Source of the DNA: Blastocladiella emersonii ATCC 22665
Taxonomy: Eukaryota > Fungi > Blastocladiomycota
Direction: 5' to 3'
DNA: 64,000 nt
Assembly: GCA_025594325.1 (NCBI GenBank)
Contig: JANHCV010000004.1
Coordinates: 1,364,001 to 1,428,000, forward strand
Positions 35,739 through 46,096 of the stretch are shown here, piece after piece (the stretch's first letter is position 1; the number at the start of each line of letters is the position of its first letter). Under the pieces are notes generated by a model, which did no database searches, had not been told where the DNA came from, and saw nothing but the letters and a program-made list of their open reading frames with translations. Position numbers and translations under genes: made by a program.

Positions 35739-38435
35739 ATGTCCAACTTCGCGTACGCGACCCTCGTCACGTCCGACTCGTACGTGGTCGGGGCGTCGGT
35801 GCTGGCCCAGTCGCTGCGCGCGTCGGGCACCCCGCACCGCCTCGTGGTGCTGCACTGGCCCGAGCTGACGCCCGAGTCGGTCGATCTGCTGCGCGCGACC
35901 TTCGACGACGTGGTGCCCATCGCGCCGCTGCGGTCCACGGACCACGCCAACCTGCAGCTGCTCGGCCGCCCCGAGCTCGACGTGACCTACTCGAAGCTGC
36001 ACGTCTGGAACCTGGTCCAGTTCGCCAAGATCGTCTTCATTGACGCCGACGCGTTCGTCCTGACCAACGTCGACGAGCTCTTTGACCGCGACGAGCTGTC
36101 GGCCGCGCCTGACTGCGGCTGGCCCGATACCGTACGTGCTCACTCTCACGGTCCGATGTCGTGTCGACCCACCACGCTGACCACCACCGATCCCCACCCA
36201 GTTCAACTCGGGCGTCTTTGTCCTGCAGCCCAACAAGGAGACCTTCGACCGCCTCGTGGCCTTTGCCGCCTCGCACGGCAGCTGGGATGGTACATTGTTC
36301 TCACCACGCGCGCCCTCCATCCGATCCCACGCTCACCCGCCCCCATCGTACTAGGTGGCGACCAGGGCCTGCTCAACGACTTCTTCTCCGACTGGAACAC
36401 GGCGCCCGGCCGCCGCCTGCCCTTCACCTACAACGTGACGCCCTCGGCCGCCTACACGAGCTCGCCCGCCTTCCAGCGCTTCGAGAACGACATCAAGGTC
36501 GTCCACTTTGCCGGCTCCGACAAGCCGTGGACCTACGCCCGCAACACGGACGGCTCGGCCATCGGCAAGGGCGCCGCGGCCACGGGCAGCACCCTGCTGC
36601 AGCTCGTCAACCGCTGGTGGGCCGTGTACACGGACTTTGCCGCCAAGTACGGCCACCTGCTCAACCCGTTCACGCGCACCGCGCGCAGCGCCAGCGGCGC
36701 GGCCGGCGCGCACTCGGCCGCGGGCCACGGCGGCGCGCACCACCACCACGTCGGCGGTCAGCCCGGCGCGCAGTTCGGCCTCGGCGGCGGCAACCCGTTC
36801 GCCGACATGAACTCGAGCCGGTACGCGTGGCCCGAGGACGAGATGGACGCCAACGAGATCGAGGTGTGGAAGCGCGCCATGACGGGCTCGGGCCGCCGCC
36901 GCGAGTCGTTCCGCCGCCGCCGCAGCTTCGTGGCCGCGACCACCGCGCCCACCACGCCGACGTCGTCCACCATCGTCACCGACACCAAGGCGCTCCTCGC
37001 CACGCCCACCAGCCCCATCTCGCCCACGTACACGAACCTTGCCGGCAACTTCAGCTCGCGGCCCGTGTCGCCCGCGACCAGTTTGCCGCCGGCGTCGCCG
37101 CTGCCCGTTGGCGCGTCGCCCATCCACTTTGGCCACAGCGCCTCGTTCGCCGACGAGATGGCCTCGGTCCCCGTCACCGAGATTGCGCCGCTCGAGTCGC
37201 CCATGTCGTTTGCCGACAGCGCCCTGTTCGGCGCGCAGGAGGTGACCAAGGTGACCACGTCCGCGGTGACATCCGCATCGGCGACGGCGACCGCCACGTC
37301 CAAGTGGGCCACGGCCAGTTCTGCGAGTACGACGACGGCGACCGCGACGGCCGCTGCGCCAGCACCCGTGGCGAGCCGGGCTGTGCCGATTAAGGGTATT
37401 TGATCCTCCCGTCCCTCTCCTCCCTCATCCCTCCTGTTAGCTCTCTACCCTCCCGCCCCTCTCTCATCTCTCGCATCGCACCTCACCCCCCACCGTCACC
37501 CCCCTTGCGCATTCCCCCACCACCCCCACCCACATCGTCGTCTATATACTGACGTCTTTTTGCTTGACAAACGTGTCTCCTCCCCGCGAGTAGACGACGC
37601 TGCTGTCGCTGATGAGCTCCCCGAGATCAAGACCACCGCCGCCATCGAGACCACCACGCACAGCGACGACGACGAGGAGACCGAGCCCGTGTGGTACTCG
37701 CGCCAGCCGTCGGAGCACGTCATCTCGGCCGAGCCCATCACCACCGTGACCGTGACCGTGACGGCCACCGCCGTGCCCGCCCCGCGCACGCCGCGGTGCG
37801 ACTCGGCGTCGCCCGTGCCGTCCACGCCGCTCACGCCCGAGGGCGTCAAGTGCACCGCCGGCGCCGCTACGGTCATTGCCGAGGAAGCGGGCGACAACGA
37901 GTTTGTCGCGGCCGAGTCCGAGGTGGCCGCCAGCAGCGAGTCGGAGCACGGCACCGCGGCGGCCACGGACACGGAGCCCGCAGACGCATCGGACGCTGAC
38001 GATGACGTGATCTCGGACGACGGCCTCGACGAGACCATGGTCGCCAAGCCGCTCCTGCTCGACGAGACCATGAAGGCCGCGCCGGTGCCGGTGTCGCGGT
38101 CCGTCCCCGCACCCGCGCCCGCGCCCGCTGTCGCCGTCGAGGAGGAGGAGCAGAAGCCGTTCGCCGCCATGCTCGCCAGCACCCCGGCCCCGCGGGCCGC
38201 GTCGCCCGTGTTCGAGAAGCCCGCGCCTCGGTCCGTCTCGCCCGTGTCCGAGTCGCCGGCCGTTCCGCGGTCCGTCTCGCCCGTATTCGACTCGCCCGCC
38301 GTGTCCCGGTCCGCATCACCGACAAAGACGGCGGCACCACCCGCGCCGGCGGCGGCCATGGCGTTCACCAAGGTGATCCCGCCCGTCATCGCGGCCGCGG
38401 CTATCACGGTCGGGTACTTTGTCCTGTACGGGTGA
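35739..38435 (+). CDS. GLG: Glycogenin (GT8) with a long disordered tail and a probable spliced C-terminal TM anchor
   Basis: YATLVTSDSY, YSKLHVWNL, FIDADA, PDCGWPD|FNSGVF, GDQGLLN, LPFTYNV, KVVHFAG. Two short introns. A phase-1 intron at 37396-37593 joins the 37560-38435 ORF; without it the protein stops at 37403. Confidence 0.8.
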
Positions 38436-38578
38436 TCCGAGTGGACCGTGACGGTGTGAGAGTGTGTGGGCGAGGTGAAGCGCGCATTGCATCTGTTTGG
38501 CACAGCAACAACAAAAAAATGGCACGTTCTATTGCAAAAACAAGAGTCTCTCGAGTGGGGGAAGGGGGTAGGGTATGT

Positions 38579-40120
38579 TCAGAGGTGGTGCTCGTCGTCG
38601 TCGCGAGCGTTGAGGAACAGCAGCGCGGGTTCAGGCACGGGCGTGGGCGGGACCACGGCGATATCAGGCGGCGGTGGATGCCACGCGTCCAGCGGGCTCG
38701 GTCGCGGGAGCGGGCCGAGCGAGCGTGCGGGCGAAGGCGGCGAAGGCGGGTCGACCGTGGCCGAGTCGGTATCCGACCCGCGCCTCCGCGCAGCTGCCGT
38801 GGGCGCAGGCACCGCGATCTCGTCGCACCTCAGCGGGACCGGCGGAGCCCCGTCAAACGGCGGCGCGACCTCGACGTAGCTCGGCGCGGGCGTCGACTGC
38901 AGCGACGGGTGCGGCGAGTAGGCGGGGAGAAGCGGGTCGATAATGGCAGCGGCGGTGGCGCGGCTACGAGATGACACGGCCATGGCGGGCGCGGAGATGG
39001 ACATGGAGCTGGGCGGATCAAACAACGCGCCGCGCCACTCGGCGACGCGCGACTTGCGCGACTGGACGCGGCGGTCGTGCAGGACGGCGGCGACGCCGAG
39101 CGCGATGAAGAGGAAGGGCGCGGCGAAGATGGCGACGGTGGTCCACGGGTTGGGCGACGCGATTCCGGTGGAGGTGGCGGCGGTCGGGACTGGGACGAAG
39201 GGTGATGCGGACGTGTCGGGTATCGCTGCGGCGGCGGCAGCGGGGAGGTCGGCGACGGGGACAAACTCGGAGGTGCGCAGGTCGGCGCGACACACGGACT
39301 GCCGGCACGCGCCGAGGCGACAGTCGAGGTGGCGCGCACAGGGTGCGCCGAGTGGCGCGGCTGACGCGACGGTGCCCGAGTCGGGCGAGCAGAGCGACGG
39401 CGAGTAGAAGTTGGCGGGGAACGCGAGGTCCTGGCGCCGCGTGCCGGGTACGCCCGCGACTTTCGGGACGACGAGCGTGTCGCGGAACGCGAAGGCGGTC
39501 AGATTGGCGCCGCTCTGGCCCGCGGCGATCCCGGCGCCCAGCGCGGCGGGCGTCACCAGCCCCGACGCCGAGTTCATGGCGGATGCCGACGCGTCGCACG
39601 CGGTGCCGAGCGGGAGCGAGACGGCGCAGATCCCGAGACTCGCGTCGAGCACTCCCGAAGCCTTGGCCGCGATGATCGCGTTCTGCAGCTGGGTCGGAAC
39701 AATGGGCGGGTCCCATCCCGCAATGAGCCACGGCCTCGCGCTCTCGAGTCCCCGGTGCGCAAGCGGGACACAGACGCGGGCGTGGGCGCGCGCGTACTCG
39801 TCGGGGCACGCGGCCATGGCGCACTCCCCGAGGGCCTCGGCGCGCGCAACGAGGTCGCGGACGACGAGCGCGGTCGAGGCGGTTGCGGCGGCCGTGTACT
39901 CGGCGAGCTGGGCGCGGCACTGTGCGGCGCGGCAGGTCCGGTACGCGTCGGTGAGGGATGGTGGCGAGGGCGAGGCGGCAGAGCTGGCTTGGGCGAGCAT
40001 GTCGTCGACGGCGGCGCAGCTCAGGGACGCCGGGTCGGCTAGCGAGCACGGGAGCGCGGAGGACAGGACCGCGTTGCGCATCGGCGCGGCGAACAGGGCG
40101 GGGGTCGCGGGGATCTCCAT
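38579..40120 (-). CDS. Cys-rich single-pass membrane protein of unknown function
   Basis: Long GC3-biased ORF with CRAAQC, CAMAAC and CARHLDCRLGACRQSVC, a TM segment VAIFAAPFLFIALGVAAVL, and a Pro-rich tail. Confidence 0.6.
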   Translation of the reverse strand: MEIPATPALFAAPMRNAVLSSALPCSLADPASLSCAAVDDMLAQASSAASPSPPSLTDAYRTCRAAQCRAQLAEYTAAATASTALVVRDLVARAEALGECAMAACPDEYARAHARVCVPLAHRGLESARPWLIAGWDPPIVPTQLQNAIIAAKASGVLDASLGICAVSLPLGTACDASASAMNSASGLVTPAALGAGIAAGQSGANLTAFAFRDTLVVPKVAGVPGTRRQDLAFPANFYSPSLCSPDSGTVASAAPLGAPCARHLDCRLGACRQSVCRADLRTSEFVPVADLPAAAAAAIPDTSASPFVPVPTAATSTGIASPNPWTTVAIFAAPFLFIALGVAAVLHDRRVQSRKSRVAEWRGALFDPPSSMSISAPAMAVSSRSRATAAAIIDPLLPAYSPHPSLQSTPAPSYVEVAPPFDGAPPVPLRCDEIAVPAPTAAARRRGSDTDSATVDPPSPPSPARSLGPLPRPSPLDAWHPPPPDIAVVPPTPVPEPALLFLNARDDDEHHL

Positions 40121-40717
40121 TACTGCTTCATTGCGATGAGGTTGCTGTGAGAGAGCGGGAGAGAGAGGGAGCGAGGGCAGGCGGGCAGTGAGAGCGCGAT
40201 GGGCGGTCACCCGACCCGCTCACTTGCCTGCCCGCTGCTGCCGCCGCGTGGGCGTCGCCCGCTGCGAAATGAGGCCCACATTTCGGGTGCAAGCAGGGTT
40301 GCTGAGAGAGATGAGCCCCAAACGACTCGAATGGACAGCGAAAACGTGGGCGATCCGGTTGCAGTCGGTGGTCGCGGTGAAGCGACTCGGTGGAGCGCGC
40401 GAGAGGGAGGCCCGCTGGACGAGGAGAAGGCGACCCGCGCCACCCAGCGAACGAGCGGCGTGCTGCGCCATCCGGGAGACACGCGGATCGCGAACCACCG
40501 CGGAGATTGTGGGGAAGGCGCGGCCTGGGAAGTCGGCGACGTGGCATCTTCGTCGTGCGGCGCGTCGCGTCGCAAAACGTGCGGCTGCAGCCGGCCGGCG
40601 CCACCCACGTGCGCTCCGTCAGCCGCCGTTCCCTCGCTCGCCGCTGTGCTCGCCGTTTGCTTCTCCTCCCCGCTCGCCCTCTGCTGCCCTCCCAGGAAGC
40701 AAACCACACTCGCTGCA

Positions 40718-42088
40718 ATGTCACTCGCCACCGCCGCCGCCACCGACGACGCGAGCCTCGACCTGACCGGCCAGTCGCCCGCCGCGCTCTTCTTCGCGGC
40801 CACCGCGGTCCTGCTGCGCCCCGACGCGGATCCGGCGGCGATCCGCGGCGCGCACGACCGCCTCGACCGGTGCTCGCAGTTGGTCCACGACGCCCGCGTC
40901 TTCTCGCCCAACGAGGAGTGGGACGACATCAACACCGCCGACCTGCCGCTGCTGCTCGTCGACGCCTACCTCGCCGACGCCGTTGGCCGCCTGCGCACCG
41001 CCTCGCCCGCACAACGCCTCATTGCGCTCGGCCGTATCCGCACCCTGTTTGCGCGCTTCCTAAACCAGTGCCACCGTCTCGGCCTCGCGTCCGCGTGGGA
41101 GGTGGCTGCCGCCGACTCGAACGGTGGGAGCCGGCCCGCCATGTCCGCTGATACAAAGCGTACCGAAAAGATTGCCCGGTTCAAGGCCGCGCGCGACCGT
41201 GAGCGCGCGCTCGCCGAGCTCCACGACCAGCTCGCTGCGGCCACCACCCGCACGTCTGCGGCGAACCGCAGGCCAACTCTGCCACCCGCCTTCCTCGCCT
41301 CTGTCTCGTCTGCTTTCGGTCCCTCCTCCGCGTCATCTTCCGCCTCGGCGCCGCGCAGCAATACTCTGGGCGAGCGCGACGAGATCGACGACTTGCTCGA
41401 CGAGGACGACGACGAGGTGCTGTCGCGCGACTTTGTCAAGCTGCTCGTGACCCACTGGGTCGCCAAGGCCGTCGACGAGCTCGCCGCCGTCAACGACGAG
41501 CTGCCGCACCTCGAGCGCATGCTGCGCGACACGCGCGAGTCCGCTCCCGCGCAGGGCGACCCGCACGACGCCGAGCGCCGCGACCGCCGCACCGAGGCCG
41601 AGCTCGCCGCGCGCCTCGACGGCGTCCAGCTCGCCGGCCGCACCGGCCCGCTCCTCGACAAGAACGGCCGCCCGATGCGCCCCTTCACCATCGTCTCGCA
41701 GCGCGCCGTCGAGCAGGGAAAAGTGTTCCGGCCCGGGCACCGGCTGCCGACCATGTCCATTGAAGAGTACCTCGATGCCGAGATGGCGCGCGGCGGGATT
41801 CTGCCTGCGTACGTTCTGCTCTTCGTGCCGTGACCAGCGCACCGTGCGCTGACTTCGCGTGGAACCTGTAGCCAGGACCCGAACGCGGCGAAAAAGGAGG
41901 ACGAGGACTCGGACGACGAAGAAGTCTCGCTGCGCAAGACCTACAAGGCTCGCGAGTGGGATGCCTTCACCGACGGTACGCCTCCCCCACGGCGACCACT
42001 GGCCATCGCGCTCAACTGACCACCGTGCTCCCCGCGCCGTGTAGACAACCCGCGCGGGTGGGGCAACCGCGGCGGCAACCGCGGATAA
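40718..42088 (+). CDS. TAP42: PP2A regulatory protein TAP42/alpha4
   Basis: FSPNEEWDDINTADLPLLLV, RTEKIARFK, RPFTI...VFRPGHRLPTMSIEEYL, spliced end KAREWDAFTD|DNPRGWGN. Confidence 0.92.
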
Positions 42089-42347
42089 CGCACTTCCCCG
42101 GTGCACCTACTGAATAGAAACCCTGTTTAATCCCATCGCCTTCGCCGTCGCGAGAAGCGCGTGCTGGAGTGGCCTGGCAACGCTGTCACCCGGCGCCGCG
42201 TGATCCTGAAACGTGAATCTCGACTGTGCCTCACCATCGGGCCCGCTGCCCGTGTCCTCCGCGACCATCGTCCCGCGCCGTTCACCTCGCCGCCCGCCGT
42301 CTACACGAACTTCCGCCACACCCCTCGTCGGCGATGCAACAGATGCA

Positions 42348-45300
42348 ATGCACGCGGCACTCCCGGCCGCTGTCGACTTTGGCCGGCTTGTAGACGCCGC
42401 GCTCGGGAAGCCCCCTGCTTCTTCCTCGCACTCCAACAACAACAACAACAACAAGGACACTACCAACAACAACAGCTCGCTGTCGTGGCGCTTTGCTGGC
42501 CACACGCTCGGCCTCGGCGCCGACCGCGAGGGCATCGCGCACGATGCGGACCAAGGTTCGCTGCACCCTCCTTGTCCGCCGTCGTCGCGAGCGGGTGGCT
42601 GACGCCCCGATCCCGCCCCGTCTAGTCACTCTGCGCTACCCACAGCCCGGCCCACCACCCCTGCACGTCCTCGTCCCGCCACTGCGCGCCTTCACGCCGC
42701 CGGGCGCCGACACGGTGGTCCTGCGCAAGGAGCTCGCCGACCGCGCCGCCGCCCTGCACCGCGACCACGCCGATCTCGCCGCCGTCCCGCTGTCGCTGCT
42801 CGTCGATCTCGCGCAAGAGGACGCGCTCGCGCAGAGACAGCCCGGGTTCATGCTCGATGGCATGGGCAACTGCCTCGCCGTCGCGCCCTCGGCTGTGTGT
42901 CCCGGCCGCTCGTACGCGGTCATGGCTGTCGCTAACGCCGTGTACGCTGCATCGTGGACCGTCAACGGCGGCGGGGCGGAGATGGCGCTCGCGCTCGATG
43001 CCGCGCCCGTGCTCCTCCACGCGTTCGACGGGCCGGACCTCCTCGAGGTCTCCGTGTCGCTCGTCCAGTTCGTCCGGTCCCCCACCGCGACGGCGACGAC
43101 GGCAGTCGAGCAGGACCACGCCATCATCGTTGTCCGGTCGCACGCCGCCGTCCACTTCCTCCACACGATCCTCGGCCCGGCCAGCCCCTCGGCCGCCGTC
43201 ATCGATACCATCGAGTGCGACGACCCCGTCACGTCCGTCGCCGCATCGCCCTTCTCGCTCAGCGAGGTCCTGATCTCCACCAACCGCCAGGTGCTCCTGT
43301 GGCGCCATACCCCTGGCGCGGGGAATGGGAGGGGAGCGCGCGCGCGGGTGCAGGTCGTGCACTCGTTTGTCCCGAAGCCGGCGGTGACGCCGCCAGAAGT
43401 CCCAGCGCCCACTGTGCGGGCCGACGGCGAGGTCGAGGAGGAGACTGAGGCCGAGGTTGCCGACGAGACCACCGCCGCTACGCAACCGGCATCGCCACCA
43501 GAACCACCAACAGCAACGACTCCATCCGCACCCTCCGAACCACCAGAACCCCCACTCCTCCCGTCACACACCTCGGCCGTGTGGTCCTCGTCCCCGCGCT
43601 GGATCTTCGCGCACGCGGACGCCGCCGCCCTCTTCATCGACCTGCGCGCGCGCACCCCGGCCCGCGAGTTCTGGCGCTCGCCCGCGCACACGCCGATCCG
43701 CCGCCTCGCCGTCGCCGGCGCGCTCCTCTCCGTGCTCACGTCGTCGGACGTCGTCTGGTTCGCGGCGCGCGACCCCGCCGTCCCGCTGCTTCGGTCCGCG
43801 CACCACGCCGTGCGCGATCGCGGACAGTGCCCGCTACTCGTGACGGCGGCGGTGCCCGGTAAGGCCGAGATGCCTGGTGTGGCCGATATCAAGTTCGACC
43901 CCGTCATCTGCGCCGTCGCCGCGCCCGTATCCGGCGACGTCAACCTCGCGCTCGCGCACCCACTCGCCGCGTGGACGCCCGGTCTTCCGACGGGGCTCGA
44001 GCATCTCGCGCACGCGCCCGCTGCTGTCATCCAACCGGACCCGTGGCTCGCGGCCGCGGCCGCGCACACGCGCGCCCCGCTCGTCAACCCGCCCGGTACA
44101 GGGTTCCTCAACACGGCCCGCGGACTTGTCGAGCTCCGCCACGCACCGCTCACGGGCACCGCGCTCGTGCAAGCTGCCGACGGTGGCGCCGTGTGGGTCG
44201 CCAAGCTCTTGGCCGATGGCGAGCTTTCGGTCGCGGCGATCGCGGTGGGTCCCCGGCCGAGCGCCGATGATATCGAGGAGGCGGCCGTACCCGTCCGCGT
44301 GTCCGGCGCGGTCCCGCAGACGACGGCCGACGTGATCGCCGCCAACAACATGTTCCTCGACCTCGCGCCGGCGCCCGTCGTCCCGCGCCGCGGGCGTGGT
44401 CGGCGGCGAGTCGTTGCCACGCCGGCACCTGCCTCGGACGTGTCCCCGTTCGACGCGCATCTCCGCCGCCTCGCTGCCCCGCCTGCGCCGCCGGCCAAGC
44501 CGCAGACGCGCGCGCGGACCGCCGCTGCTGCCGCGGCTGCTGCCAAGCCCATGGGCCCTCCGAACCTCGCCGACTTTGCGTCCCGCACCGCGCTCACGGA
44601 CGCGCAGCTCGGGCCCGGTCGCGGGCGGCTCCTGTTCGGTGCGCACTCCAACGGCGAGTCGTCGCCGACTGAGGCTGTTGCAGGTGGGTGGGATCTGTGC
44701 CGCATCATGAAGCTCGGCGACGAGGATGACGACGAGGACGAGGCTACCGTGGAGCAGATTGCCGCCGACCTGCGCACGTACTGCGCGTTCCACGCTCCTT
44801 CGACGTCGTTCCCGGCCGACTCGCCGCTCGCGTCGTCGGTCCTTGCTGCCGCGTGCCGCACCGACGCGGCGCGCGATGAGCTCGGTTCGCGTGTGTGGGG
44901 GACGGGCGTGGCGGCGCTCGCAAAGAAGTGGACGCTCGCGTCGTCCCCGGCCGCGGCCGCTGCTGCGGCTGCCGCTGCATCAGCGCGGCTCCCGCACTCC
45001 CGCGTGCCCGCCGTCAAACCCGCGGCAGCGCCGCCCGTCGTCAAGTCGCACAGCCAGGCGCCGCCCGTCATCGCGGTGTCACGCAGTCAGGCGCCGCCCG
45101 TTATTGTCTCGCGCAGCCAAGGCCCGCCCGCCATCGCCCCCGCCGCCGCCGCCACCGCAGCTCCCGCCTCTCAGCCACCCTCGTCGCAGCCGGCGCCCTC
45201 CGCATCCGCGTCCGCGCGTACGGACCTGATGGCGCGCCGCCGCGAAGAGATCATGGCCAAGGCGCGCGGCTCGCAGGAGGCCGCCGCGTTCGGGTTCGCG

Positions 45301-45849
45301 TCGGCCAAGATCGGCCCGACTCCGTCCGCACCGCGCATGCCTCCCGTCATGCCGGCGTCGCAGCCTCCTCCGCGGATCGCCCCCGCGGCATCGAGCGAGA
45401 TCGGCCGCGGGCCGATCGTCGTCGCCTCCGCTTCCGCGGCAGCGCAGCGCATGGGGTTCGCCGCTCCGAGCGCGTCCCAGCCGCGCGCGGTCCGCCAGTC
45501 CACCGGCTTCGGCTTCGCGGCTCCCACAGCGCCGCCGCCGGCGCCGCCGCCGGCGCCCCGCGCTGGGAACGGGTTCGCGTCCCTGTCCCAATCAGCGGCT
45601 GGGTTCGCGGGACTCCCGCCCCCGCCGACGTTCCTCCCCGGCGGCGGGAGCGCCGCCGCTCCGGTGCGCACCGGTATCTCGCTCTCGCAGCCCATGCCCG
45701 GATCCGCGGGGATGCCACGGATTGGGGTCGGGATCGGGCTTGCGCGCCCTGCGTCCGTCGCGTTCCCGCCCAGCAGTGGGCTCGCGGGCGCGGTCGCGGG
45801 CGAGCCGCCGGTCAAGAAGAAGAAGGTGGCGCGGGTGCCCGGGTTCTGA
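42348..45849 (+). CDS. RRN6: Large protein, probable RNA Pol I core factor RRN6/TAF1C-like beta-propeller with a disordered C-terminus
   Basis: VTSVAASPFSLSEVLI and WSSSPRWIFAHADAAALFIDLR resemble recalled Rrn6/TAF1C propeller motifs. Ends in KKKKVARVPGF. Phase-1 intron 42556-42625. Similarity is weak and from memory. Confidence 0.45.
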
Positions 45850-46096
45850 GAGTTGGTGATGCAGGTGTAAGGTAGTTATTGTGCAGTGGAATGAATAGAG
45901 ACTTTGGCGTGGTAAACATACAAACAAATTACATGTCGGGTGCGAGACGCGTCGTTCATTCCGGGTGCGAGACGCGTGTCGTGCGCAGCAGCTCAAAGCG
46001 ATGCGTCACCGCTGGCCAGCTCCATCGCCGCCGGTGATCGAGGAGCGTCCGCCCGCGAGCTCTCCTTCGCGTTCACCGATCGTCCATGTATTTGCA

